This document shows, one piece after another, positions 1 through 9,067 of a stretch of 43,920 bases of DNA (positions within the stretch are counted from its first letter, which is position 1; every line of letters begins with the position of its first letter). A program made the translations under genes and the position numbers. The stretch spans positions 1-43,920 of the forward strand of contig CAZTVH010000002.1 of NCBI GenBank assembly GCA_964616965.1. The letters are read 5' to 3'. Under the pieces are notes generated by a model. The model searched no databases, was not told where the DNA came from, and worked only from the letters and a program-made list of their open reading frames with translations. This stretch comes from an uncultured Bacteroidaceae bacterium (GTDB lineage Bacteria; Bacteroidota; Bacteroidia; Bacteroidales; P3).

Positions 1-233
1 ACAATGGACGGCTCTACTGCAGCGAATTGGTGCAAGAATGCTTCTTCGACCAAAAGGGGCAACGTCTCTTCCCATACAAACCCATGAACTTCTACGCCTC
101 CGACGGCACCCTGCCTGCCTATTGGCAGCACCACTTCGACAGCCTCGGCGTTGCAGTCCCACAAGACCTGCCCGGCACCAACCCCAACGACATGTCGCGC
201 TCACCCATCCTCCACCAATTTAGAATACAATAA
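1..233 (+). CDS. 3' end of a YiiX/YaeF-type permuted papain-like (NlpC/P60 superfamily) hydrolase; the 5' end lies outside the window
   Basis: Frame 3 is open from nt 3 (NGRLYCSELVQECFFDQKG...), upstream of the TTG used by the ORF track. The YCSELV cysteine motif is typical of this family. Stop TAA at 231-233, 5 nt before the next gene. Confidence 0.5.
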   Translation, partial: NGRLYCSELVQECFFDQKGQRLFPYKPMNFYASDGTLPAYWQHHFDSLGVAVPQDLPGTNPNDMSRSPILHQFRIQ

Positions 234-238
234 CTACC

Positions 239-2104
239 ATGCGACTAGAACTGCTGTCACCTGCCAAGAACCTTGAACAAGGGCGCGAGGCCGTCAACCA
301 CGGCGCCGATGCCGTCTACATTGGCGCACCCGCCTTTGGAGCGCGCACTGCCGCTGGCAACAGCATCGAGGACATTGAATCGTTGGCACACTACGCCCAC
401 CTCTACCACGCCAAGATATTTGCCACTGTCAACACACTGCTATTTGACAACGAAATTGACGACGCCGTCGCCATGCTGCATCAGCTCTACAATGCAGGCG
501 TAGATGCCGCCATCATCCAAGACCTAGGACTGCTCGAGTGCGACCTTCCCCCCATCGAGCTGCACGCCAGCACCCAGACCCACAACGCCAGCCTGCCACG
601 CATACAATTTCTAGAGAGCGTAGGATTCAGTCGCATCATTCTGGCACGCGAGACCTCGCTGCAACAGATGGAGGAGATACGCCGACACACCCATGCCGAC
701 CTCGAAGCCTTTGTACAAGGGGCTCTATGCGTCTCCTACAGCGGACAATGCTACATGAGCCAATACCTCAATGGCCGCAGCGGCAACCGAGGCTGTTGCT
801 CGCAGCCCTGTCGCTCCGCCTACGACCTATACAATGAGCAAGGCACACGCCTCAGACAGAACGAGCACCTCCTTTCGCTCAAAGACTTCTCCGCCGCACA
901 GCACCTGCGGCAGATGGTTGATGCAGGCATCACCTCGTTCAAAATCGAAGGCCGCCTCAAAGACCTCGGCTACGTCAAAAACGTCACCGCATACTACCGC
1001 CGCCTGCTCGACGACATAATAGAGGGTACCGAACATACACAGTCATCCTCCGGCCACTGCAAGTTCCACTTTGTTCCCGACCTCGAAAAGACCTTCAACC
1101 GAAGCTTTACCGACTACTTTCTGGAGAAACGTCAACCCATGGCAACCCTCAGCACACAGAAGTCAATCGGCAAGCGTATCGGCACTGTCAAACGCATTGA
1201 GCGCAACAGCATCACTATCGACAGCCGCGAGCCGCTCACCACTGGCGACGGGCTCTGCTTCATGAACGCCCAAGGCACATGGGAGGGATTCCTCGTCAAC
1301 CGAGTGGAACGCACCACCGTATTTCCTAACCATATGCCCGCAACCCTACAAGTGGGCACTGACATTTGGCGCAACAACGACCAAGCCTTTGAACGGTTGC
1401 TACAAGGCAACACCAGCAATAGGAAAATCGACCTTCGAATGGAACTCTCCGACACCGACGACGGACTGTGTCTGCGACTTATCGACAGCGACGGCTGCCA
1501 AGCCTCGGCCTCAATTGCTTGTATCAAAGAACGTGCACAAAACCCTGTCAAAGCCATAGAGCTGACACAGCGGCAGCTCGCCAAGCTGGGTGACACTATT
1601 TTCAGTGCAACCCACATCAACATCGATTGTCAGCAGCCCTACTTCCTTCCAGCCTCCACCCTCAACGAACTGCGCCGCCAAGCCGTGGCACAGCTACAGG
1701 AAGTGCGTGTGATACAACATCTGGCACATCGTGGCACTAGTCCCTCGCTGGAAGAACGCCGACAGAACACAACCCCCTACTTCGAACCCACGCTCGACTA
1801 TCGTGCCAACATCATCAACGAGCAGAGCAGCCAGTTCTACCAACGACATGGAGCCAACACCACAGAATATGGACTGGAGAAGAGCCTCGACTACCAAGGC
1901 AAGGCACTCATGACCACCAAATACTGCCTGCGCTACGAACTAGGCTGCTGCCTGAAGACCGACCGACCCAAGTGGCGGGTAGGCAACCCCGAAGCCTATC
2001 AAGGCAACCTATACCTGCAAAACGCCCGCAACCGTTTCGCCCTCACCTTCGACTGCACAAACTGCCAGATGCTGATAAAGACGTGCGGAAGTCATAAAAC
2101 ATGA
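239..2104 (+). CDS. Peptidase U32 family protein (collagenase-like, long form with C-terminal extension)
   Basis: 621 aa. The N-terminus MRLELLSPAKNLEQGREAVNHGADAVYIGAPAFGAR and the Cys-rich motif GALCVSYSGQCYMS are characteristic of U32 proteins. Confidence 0.8.
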   Translation: MRLELLSPAKNLEQGREAVNHGADAVYIGAPAFGARTAAGNSIEDIESLAHYAHLYHAKIFATVNTLLFDNEIDDAVAMLHQLYNAGVDAAIIQDLGLLECDLPPIELHASTQTHNASLPRIQFLESVGFSRIILARETSLQQMEEIRRHTHADLEAFVQGALCVSYSGQCYMSQYLNGRSGNRGCCSQPCRSAYDLYNEQGTRLRQNEHLLSLKDFSAAQHLRQMVDAGITSFKIEGRLKDLGYVKNVTAYYRRLLDDIIEGTEHTQSSSGHCKFHFVPDLEKTFNRSFTDYFLEKRQPMATLSTQKSIGKRIGTVKRIERNSITIDSREPLTTGDGLCFMNAQGTWEGFLVNRVERTTVFPNHMPATLQVGTDIWRNNDQAFERLLQGNTSNRKIDLRMELSDTDDGLCLRLIDSDGCQASASIACIKERAQNPVKAIELTQRQLAKLGDTIFSATHINIDCQQPYFLPASTLNELRRQAVAQLQEVRVIQHLAHRGTSPSLEERRQNTTPYFEPTLDYRANIINEQSSQFYQRHGANTTEYGLEKSLDYQGKALMTTKYCLRYELGCCLKTDRPKWRVGNPEAYQGNLYLQNARNRFALTFDCTNCQMLIKTCGSHKT

Positions 2105-2926
2105 AGGATACTTGAAAGAAAGGTCCTCCTTATGAGAACCTCTAAGTGGTCCCTCCCTCAACGAAATGCTCCATACGCCGCGTATCCTCAACGAGGGCAA
2201 CGCCAATACAATTCTCAGCCTTATTGGCCACAAAACCTGATATCACCTCCACACACTCTGCCAATGCCCGCGCGGAGGTGTTCCCAACAATAGAAACAAT
2301 TATTTCATAACAACTGATTGGTAGGTAGCACCCTGCCTGCCTTTGCCCTCGAACACCATCATGCCAACGCATCATGTGAGGCCACAGCTGACGTAGCGGA
2401 CGTTGTGGCTCCAGCGATAGTCTTCGGCTTAGTGGGGATTAGTGCAGATGGTAAATTGCAGTTATCTTGGCAAAGATAAATGAAATACAAACTAAGGAAA
2501 AACGAACAGCAAATAAATCAAAATACAAAATAGGCATTTACAGCGACTTAGCCAGTATATTCATACTGGTGTTCGACGGTGTTAAGACAATCATAGCAAC
2601 CAAGAGCCATTGGGATTCCTACGGATTTATACCGACCCTTCCGACTGCCACTCCCCTTTCCACAAATAGGTCCCTCGAAAATAATACCATAGAAATCATC
2701 TTTGAACTATGGGCCTATGTAAGCCTACAGGGTGAGAAATTGTACAATATCGAGAAGAAAAGTAAGATTTTGTATTGTTGCCTAGATGTAGCCTCAATCA
2801 CTTTTTGCGACCACGGATAGTACGAAGCAGAGGAATTGACGAAATATAATACACTAATAAATAGCATATTGTGTTTTTACGGGAAAATTAGGCTGCGAAA
2901 GGGGGTTTTTCCTAAAAAAATGATAG

Positions 2927-2934
2927 TACTTTTG
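2927..2934 (+). promoter_or_regulatory. Candidate Bacteroidetes -7 box TACTTTTG for the 3009 gene
   Basis: Exact match to TAnnTTTG, 75 nt upstream of ATG 3009. The -33 region is only T-rich (gggggttttt), with no clean TTTG. Confidence 0.45.
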
Positions 2935-3008
2935 CATCGTGAAAAAAGGCAGACACAAGTCAGCCAAAATAGAACAAGATAATAAATAAAAAAGAAAGGA
3001 GTTATAAA

Positions 3009-4082
3009 ATGAAAATGTCTCGTTTGTTTAGCATCGCACTTCTAGGTGTCGCTTTGGCAGTGACCCCAGTTTATGCTCAACGTGGCGGCGGTGGTGGCCG
3101 CAGTGGTGGCGGCGGTGGCCACAGCAGTGGAAGTGTCAGCAGCAGCCGCGGTGGCGGTGGCGGTTTCTCAAGCAGCAGCCGTAGCAGCGGCAGCAGCTAT
3201 TCTAGCAGCCGTAGCAGCAGTTCGAGCTACTCAGGCAGCCGTAGCAGTTCAAGCTATTCAGGCAGCCGCAGCAGTTCACCCAATATAAGCAGCAGCTCTC
3301 GTAGCAGTTCATCGTCGTCGTATTCTGGTTCCCGCTCGTCATCGTCCAGCTTTGGCGGACGCTCGGAAGGCGGTTCCGCCGTCTCACGCGGCAGCAGCCA
3401 CCAGTCGCGCACGGGCAGCGTTCCTGCCCAAATCCGCAGCCGTAATAACGCAGCCATGCGCGATGGAGAACGTGGTACGGGTGGTGCTGTTCGTGGCGAT
3501 GCCCGTCGTGGCGACACCCCTGCTGGGAGTAACGTCGGTAGCGGTCGCCCCCACGGTGTAGCACCCACTCCCAATGGTGGCTATGCCCGCCCCGGCAATC
3601 CCAACGGCCCTATGCCTCCTTCGCACCGTCCGATGCACCCCGCTCCCTACTTCATGCACCCCTGCCATCATCATATGGTGCACTGCCACAGACTTTACTG
3701 GGACCCATTCCCCCCGCGTCCCTGGTTCTGGCCCGGATTTTGGTTCTACTGCAACAACTACTGGTATGACTATCACGTTACCGATGTAGTGGTAGTGAGA
3801 GAATACGCCAGATCCACCTACAATGTCGACCTCATCACATACGCTATCAGTGGCGACTACATGTATGCCCTAATCAACGACCCCGACGGCCACACCTACT
3901 TACAAATCTACGACAAGAACGACAAACTGCTTGCCGAACAACAAGTGAGCCGCAAATACTGCAAGATGCAGATCGACCCCGAAAACGGTGGTTGCTGGAT
4001 TATGAAGAAACGCGACAAAGACCCGCTGCTGTTCTTCTACACCCCTGAAGGCCAACTGCTCATCTACGAAGCCGACAAATAG
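3009..4082 (+). CDS. Secreted protein of unknown function: signal peptide, Gly/Ser/Arg low-complexity region, His/Cys/Pro/aromatic segment, and a C-terminal globular domain of about 100 aa
   Basis: 357 aa. MKMSRLFSIALLGVALAVTPVYA|Q looks like a signal peptidase I signal. Its own promoter candidate lies upstream and a hairpin plus T-tract terminator lies downstream. I recognise no family. Confidence 0.7.
   Translation: MKMSRLFSIALLGVALAVTPVYAQRGGGGGRSGGGGGHSSGSVSSSRGGGGGFSSSSRSSGSSYSSSRSSSSSYSGSRSSSSYSGSRSSSPNISSSSRSSSSSSYSGSRSSSSSFGGRSEGGSAVSRGSSHQSRTGSVPAQIRSRNNAAMRDGERGTGGAVRGDARRGDTPAGSNVGSGRPHGVAPTPNGGYARPGNPNGPMPPSHRPMHPAPYFMHPCHHHMVHCHRLYWDPFPPRPWFWPGFWFYCNNYWYDYHVTDVVVVREYARSTYNVDLITYAISGDYMYALINDPDGHTYLQIYDKNDKLLAEQQVSRKYCKMQIDPENGGCWIMKKRDKDPLLFFYTPEGQLLIYEADK
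3082..3360 (+). repeat. Coding low-complexity / imperfect tandem repeats (GGC/AGC/CGT-rich; 27-30 nt units encoding SYSGSRSSS)
   Basis: agcagccgtagcagc recurs at about 3173, 3205 and 3233. The units agctactcaggcagccgtagcagttca and agctattcaggcagccgcagcagttca are adjacent. Confidence 0.8.
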
Positions 4083-4116
4083 TATTACTGGGTTTATAAA
4101 GTTATCATACTAAAAA

Positions 4117-4148
4117 AGCAGGAGCCGTTGCTGCGACTCCTGCTTTTT
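4117..4148 (+). terminator. Rho-independent terminator of the 3009-4082 gene (A-tract/stem/T-tract, potentially bidirectional)
   Basis: Stem gcaggag (4118-4124) pairs with ctcctgc (4137-4143), followed by ttttt (4144-4148) and preceded by aaaaaa. Confidence 0.75.
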
Positions 4149-4156
4149 GTATATGC

Positions 4157-4192
4157 AAAAAAGCCGCAAGAGCAGTTATACCCTTGCGGCTT
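4157..4192 (-). terminator. Rho-independent terminator ending the minus-strand glycan locus
   Basis: 10-bp stem aagccgcaag (4161-4170) pairs with cttgcggctt (4183-4192). On the minus strand it is followed by a T-run. It lies 21 nt after the degT-like stop. Confidence 0.75.
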
Positions 4193-4212
4193 TAGACATG
4201 TAGGACTATCTA

Positions 4213-5310
4213 CTATTTAACGATAAGTTCCAAGACCCTGTTTACGTCCTCTTCAGACAATTCGTGATGCATCGGAAGGCAGATGACTTCGTTTGCAATT
4301 CGCGTGGCAGTCGGTAGGTTTTCTGTGGCAGCACTCGGCAAGCCACGATAAGTGCTGAACGTACTGATAAGAGGATAGAAATATCGGCGGCTCATAATAC
4401 CTTGTTCCCGCATCTTGAAGAATAGCTCATCACGAGTCATGCCATACTCGTCAGCATTGACAAATATTGGGAAATAGCTATAGTTGTGCTTCACGCCTGG
4501 CATATCGTCAAAGAATCGAATTCCTTTCACTGGACGAAGAGCCTCACGGTAGCGTATTGCCACACGGTGGCGCGACTCAATAGCAGAATCAATCTGGCGG
4601 AGACACAGCAAACCAAAAACGGCCCTCACCTCGTCCATCTTGCTATTGATACCGGGAGCTATAACTTCCGTCTCACTTTCGAAACCAAAATTCTTGAGAT
4701 AGTCAATACGCTGTTTGGTCGATGGATCGTGCATTACCATAGCACCACCCTCTATCGTATTGAACACTTTGGTGGCATGGAAACTCAAAGTAGAAATGTC
4801 GCCATACTCTAAGATAGACTTCCCATCTACTTCGACACCGAAACAATGGGCAGCGTCGTATATCACTTTCAGCCCGTATTTGTCTGCAATTTGCTGGATA
4901 CGGACTATGTCGCACGGTTTCCCATAACAGTGAACGGGCATGATGGCAGTTGTTCGAGGGGTGATGGCAGCCTCAATCTTGTCGGGATCCATGCCGCAAT
5001 TGCTAGGGTCGATGTCAACGAAGACGGGTTTCAGACCATTCCACCAAATGCTATGGGTGGTGGCCACAAAGCTGTAGGGGGTCGTTATCACCTCACCACT
5101 AATTCTCAATGCCTGCAGAGCAGTGAGCAATGGTAGCGTACCGTTGGTGAAGAGGCTGATATACGGTACCTTGAGATAGGTGCAAAGAGCCGCTTCTAAT
5201 TGCTGGTGGAACTGCCCGTTGTTGGTAATCCACTTGCTCTCCCAAACCTTTTTCAACATCTGGGTGAACTCGTCCAAATCTGGCAGCAGAGGTGTGGTGA
5301 CGTTCATCAT
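4213..5310 (-). CDS. DegT/DnrJ/EryC1/StrS-family PLP-dependent sugar aminotransferase
   Basis: 365 aa. SFHATKVFNTIEGGAMV contains the PLP-lysine motif, and the family-typical N-terminus is WITNNGQFHQQLEAAL. Last gene of the locus. Confidence 0.85.
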   Translation of the reverse strand: MMNVTTPLLPDLDEFTQMLKKVWESKWITNNGQFHQQLEAALCTYLKVPYISLFTNGTLPLLTALQALRISGEVITTPYSFVATTHSIWWNGLKPVFVDIDPSNCGMDPDKIEAAITPRTTAIMPVHCYGKPCDIVRIQQIADKYGLKVIYDAAHCFGVEVDGKSILEYGDISTLSFHATKVFNTIEGGAMVMHDPSTKQRIDYLKNFGFESETEVIAPGINSKMDEVRAVFGLLCLRQIDSAIESRHRVAIRYREALRPVKGIRFFDDMPGVKHNYSYFPIFVNADEYGMTRDELFFKMREQGIMSRRYFYPLISTFSTYRGLPSAATENLPTATRIANEVICLPMHHELSEEDVNRVLELIVK

Positions 5311-5375
5311 AGGTTAATTTACTGAAGTTTGAGAAGTTTCGCTTTGGGACCATAGCCAATCTCTGACCTCCTCAC

Positions 5376-5417
5376 AACGTTCTGCTTCTGAGAGCGGAGA
5401 ACGACCTCAGCAGAGGT
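5376..5417. repeat. Partial or degenerate copy (copy 4) of the intergenic repeat family
   Basis: ctgcttctgagagcggagaacgacctcagcagagg resembles copy 2 plus strand (ccgctccctgaagcgga...gagaacgagcagag). Confidence 0.4.
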
Positions 5418-5591
5418 AGAAATAGGTATAGGCATGGGATTGTTTGTGTACAGACTCATTGAAAATACACAATTGCAATAATTTAGGGTGTCGCTCAAAA
5501 ATGCGCTTGCCAACCTATAGTCGTTAACCCTAACACATATACAAGCAGGCCAAACCTGCCAACATACTATCATTCAGTGTTAGGCCAAGGG

Positions 5592-8099
5592 CTACTTTCT
5601 CTTTCTCAATCTCCGGCCTGATTCGGTAGTTGATTTATTACCACCTTCTTCGTCGTCATCCTGGTTTACCGTCTCACTATAGCCGTAGCCATAGCCGTAG
5701 CCATAGCCATAACCATAGCCGTAACCATAGCCATAACCATAGCCGTAACCATAGTTGCGACCATAGATGGGCTGCTTTTCGTATTTCACATCATTCAGTA
5801 TGATGCACATGTTGGGGAAGGCACCGTCTTTGTAGAGACGCTCCACATCAAGCAACATTCGTTTGTCGAACTTTCTTGCACGGATAAGGAACACTGTGTG
5901 GTCGGCAACGTGTTTCACTATGTCGGTATCCACCACCATACCTGCAGGAGTACCGTCGAGAATGATATAGTCGTATTTGTCACGGAGATAGTTAATCAAA
6001 TTATCGAACAGAGAAGTACTCAACAACTCGGCAGGATTGGGCGGCAGCGGACCCGAAAAGAGAGAATCAACACCTGCAGCAATCACATCGTGCTGGATAA
6101 GGCTGTCGATATCAGACTCCTTTTGCGTAAGATAGTTCACAAGGCCGGGTTTTTTGCGAGAGTAGAATTTGCGTGTCAACGCGCCCTTTCGCAAATCTAG
6201 GTCTACCAACAGCACCTTCTTGCTTGCCAATCCGATACTGGCGGCAAGATTGCTAGTGGTGAAAGTTTTACCAGACCCGGGCACAAGAGATGAGAACAAC
6301 AAAATTTTAGCCTTACCTTGCTGGGTGGTACCCAAGAAGTCGATCTTTGCTCGCAAGTGTCTAAACGATTCGGCAATGCCGTCGTGTTCTTTCTCTGTTA
6401 TCACGATGTTACGGTCATCGTCATCTGGCAAAGCGGGAATTTCGGAGAGGAAGGGGATCGTGGTAGCCGATTCAATATCCGCATAAGTTTTCACCTGTGT
6501 GTCGAATAGTCTCTTCAGCAGATAGAAGGCCACCGGGACAAGTAGACCAATGATAGCACCGACAAAGGTCATGTGCGGGGTATTGGGCGACACTGGGACT
6601 TTGTTAGGCATTGCAGGATCGATAATCTTGGCATATCCCTCCAAAGAAGGTTTGCTTATCATCAGTTCCTCACGGCGGGTAAGCAGTGATACATACAACT
6701 CCTCTTTAATCTTCTGATTTCTCTCCAACTCGTCCAAATGCAAGCGCTGGATAGGCACGGCACGAACTCTTGCCGAGGCCTCGTTGGCGATATTGCGTTC
6801 GTTGACGATGCGCTGTTCCAAGGAAGATATGTAGCCCTCGGTCATGCTGATGAGGTCTTCGCGTTGTTGATTTTGGTTCTCAATGGCACGGGCAGCGACA
6901 GGGTTGTTCACTGTCCCCATCTCCTTATAGCGGGCCACGGTCTGAGCGTGGCTGTTGTACTTAGTCAGATAAGATGCCACAACGCCGTTAGAAACGGCAC
7001 CCATGGGCACCACCTCAGTACCGTCGCTAGCCTTGATGCTCGAGAGCAGGTCGCGAGCCATACTCAGCTCATTCTGCAGACGGGCAGCCTCATTGTCCGA
7101 CCGCAGGCTAGTGCTGACATACCCACTACCGAAAGCTCCAGATGCCATCACGTCCGAGCTGCTACGATATGCAGCAATGGCTGACTCTTGGGCACCCAAA
7201 TCACTACTAATAACGTTAATACGTTCATTAATATAATTATAGGTATCATTGATAATGCGTTTCTTGTCGTTTACTGCACCTTCGTTGTAAACGCGGATTA
7301 CCCCATTGATAAAGTCGGCACAACGCTGGGGAGAAGAGTCTTTCATATAGAGGTTCAGAATCGTATTGCGGTCGTCGTTGCGCTTCACCGTCAATCTGCC
7401 ACGGTAATATTCGGCAATGGACGACACATCTTGGTGGTCCACCCTGATTTCCTGCCCCACAGACCTATCCACAAAGGTCCATGTCTTGTGAACCGTCATT
7501 CGGCCCATCGGAGTCATCACCGGTTTGTCTAACGGAATCAGCAGAGCGTGATGATTCGGACGACGCAATAGTACATGGCCCTTATCCACAATCTTCAATG
7601 TTAAGTAATTAGGGAGCATAAAACCATTTGAGTCAAACTCCAATTCCACTGGCGAGATGGCATAGAGATTCTTTGTACGTTTCAAGAACCGGGTCTCAGT
7701 GCTATACATCACATTCAGTTTCAACTCTTCCACCACCTTTTGGATGGTCGATTTCGAAGTCAAAATCATCATCTCGTTGTTGATGGTACTGGAATAGAAC
7801 GGCTTGAGGCCCAAGGCATTCTTAATTGACATCTCTCGTGTATCGTCATCGCTGATGCCTAAACTATTGCCACTTCGGATTAGAATCTTCGCCTGACTAT
7901 AATAAACCTTGTCCTGTCGGCGTGCCACAAAGTTTGCAATCAAACCACCTATGACAGCGAAGATAATCAGCCAATGAATATTGCGGAGCAAAAGAAAAAT
8001 CAAATCCTTGATATGGAACGAAACAGACTGCTTCTCGTCAAGGAACGACAGATTAGTGTAGTTGGGATTTGTATTATTTGTATTGTTTGTATTGTCCAT
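5592..8099 (-). CDS. wzc: Polysaccharide co-polymerase / BY-kinase (Wzc-like, PCP-2a)
   Basis: 835 aa. Two TM segments (IHWLIIFAVIGGLIANFV and MTFVGAIIGLLVPVAFYLL) flank a long periplasmic region. Walker A is VPGSGKTFTTSNLA, A' is LLVDLDLRKG, B is YIILDGTP. A Tyr-rich C-terminal tail is present. Confidence 0.9.
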   Translation of the reverse strand: MDNTNNTNNTNPNYTNLSFLDEKQSVSFHIKDLIFLLLRNIHWLIIFAVIGGLIANFVARRQDKVYYSQAKILIRSGNSLGISDDDTREMSIKNALGLKPFYSSTINNEMMILTSKSTIQKVVEELKLNVMYSTETRFLKRTKNLYAISPVELEFDSNGFMLPNYLTLKIVDKGHVLLRRPNHHALLIPLDKPVMTPMGRMTVHKTWTFVDRSVGQEIRVDHQDVSSIAEYYRGRLTVKRNDDRNTILNLYMKDSSPQRCADFINGVIRVYNEGAVNDKKRIINDTYNYINERINVISSDLGAQESAIAAYRSSSDVMASGAFGSGYVSTSLRSDNEAARLQNELSMARDLLSSIKASDGTEVVPMGAVSNGVVASYLTKYNSHAQTVARYKEMGTVNNPVAARAIENQNQQREDLISMTEGYISSLEQRIVNERNIANEASARVRAVPIQRLHLDELERNQKIKEELYVSLLTRREELMISKPSLEGYAKIIDPAMPNKVPVSPNTPHMTFVGAIIGLLVPVAFYLLKRLFDTQVKTYADIESATTIPFLSEIPALPDDDDRNIVITEKEHDGIAESFRHLRAKIDFLGTTQQGKAKILLFSSLVPGSGKTFTTSNLAASIGLASKKVLLVDLDLRKGALTRKFYSRKKPGLVNYLTQKESDIDSLIQHDVIAAGVDSLFSGPLPPNPAELLSTSLFDNLINYLRDKYDYIILDGTPAGMVVDTDIVKHVADHTVFLIRARKFDKRMLLDVERLYKDGAFPNMCIILNDVKYEKQPIYGRNYGYGYGYGYGYGYGYGYGYGYGYGYSETVNQDDDEEGGNKSTTESGRRLRKRK
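5679..5753 (-). repeat. Hexanucleotide repeat encoding (YG)12Y in the Wzc tail
   Basis: 25 consecutive codons alternate TAT/TAC and GGC/GGT (plus strand ata/gta and gcc/acc). Confidence 0.95.
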
Positions 8100-8151
8100 C
8101 GTCGAATAATAATTGAATGGTGAAAAGAAATGAAACTACCTGGGCGGAATA

Positions 8152-8931
8152 TTAATCCTTAGGCTTCAAATAGCCGAAAATTGTAACGATAAAAGTCAGT
8201 GTCGAAACACCTATCGATAGCCATGAGGCGAAATTCCTTGCCTCACGGCGGGGAGTATCCTTAGTGTAGTTTTGAGTGATGATGAAATCGTTCTGTTGCA
8301 ACATAAAGAAAGGGTCCTGAAACACCGAAGAAGAGCGAGGGTCGAGATACCTCATCACCATCTTGCCGTCTACTTCGCGCATCACGGCAATCTTGTTGCG
8401 GCTGGTATAGGCGTTCAGTCCGCCCGCCAAGGCTAATGCCTCCAAGAAGGTGCATCGCTCGTTGCTGATAGTGATAGCCTTGCCGCCCTCGGCACCTAAG
8501 AAGAAAATCTTGAAGTTGGAGAATCGTACCACCACCACCGCGTCGGTTAGCATCCCATTGGCAATCAAAAGGTGGCTGATGGTATCCTGCAATTCCAGAC
8601 GAGTCATACCCGACACATGGATTGCACCCAGTACCGGGAACTGGATATTGCCATTCACATCCACCAGATAGGCTCCACGGCGATAGCTAGCCATGTTATT
8701 CGTCGAGAACGAACTGAGGTTAAAGGGCTTTGCCTGTACCTCGTCCGAGGAGAAGACGAAAATGTCCAACTCGTCGTAGGGGCAGATATGTGCCTGAAAC
8801 GCATTTTCGAGTTCGATTTGGGTGCCATGACGCATATCCTGTAGATAGTTCACCTCGGCAGGTGTGAGACAGGAACTCAAAAGCAACCCAGATAACAAAG
8901 AAATGAATAGTAACTTGTACACTCTTTTCAT
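8152..8931 (-). CDS. wza: Outer-membrane polysaccharide export lipoprotein (Wza/OPX family)
   Basis: 259 aa. Lipoprotein signal LLLSSC. Poly_export-like region is NYLQDMRHGTQIE...DELDIFVF. SLBB-like segment and C-terminal hydrophobic helix WLSIGVSTLTFIVTIFGYL. Confidence 0.8.
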   Translation of the reverse strand: MKRVYKLLFISLLSGLLLSSCLTPAEVNYLQDMRHGTQIELENAFQAHICPYDELDIFVFSSDEVQAKPFNLSSFSTNNMASYRRGAYLVDVNGNIQFPVLGAIHVSGMTRLELQDTISHLLIANGMLTDAVVVVRFSNFKIFFLGAEGGKAITISNERCTFLEALALAGGLNAYTSRNKIAVMREVDGKMVMRYLDPRSSSVFQDPFFMLQQNDFIITQNYTKDTPRREARNFASWLSIGVSTLTFIVTIFGYLKPKD

Positions 8932-9067
8932 GGTATGATAAATAAGATTGGTTAATAACGAGTTTTTTCCCTTTTTATTGCAAACATTGTTGAAAAACTT
9001 CTTCTGTCAACTTCTGTCCACCACTTCAAAAAGGTATGAAATAACATTACGGAAAGCGAATGCAGTG

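Noticed and set aside
2142-2820. Small ORFs 2142-2375 (minus) and 2467-2820 (plus, TTG start)
   Set aside because: I find no recognisable motifs. The start is atypical and the composition is odd. Neither has promoter or terminator support, so neither is reported as a feature.
3073-3789. Cluster of overlapping ORFs in several frames on both strands across the Ser/Gly-rich region
   Set aside because: They are artefacts of the GGC/AGC/CGT-rich low-complexity DNA, which is open in many frames. Only the 3009-4082 frame has a signal peptide, promoter box and terminator.
5099-5573. Minus-strand ORFs 5099-5359 and 5319-5573 in and around the wzc-degT gap
   Set aside because: The first mostly overlaps degT out of frame. 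The second spans the repeat-bearing gap with no coding character.
5679-5753. Short-period repeat that could be mistaken for a CRISPR-like or non-coding array
   Set aside because: The period is 6 nt and lies entirely in-frame within wzc, encoding YG dipeptides. There are no spacers and no cas genes.
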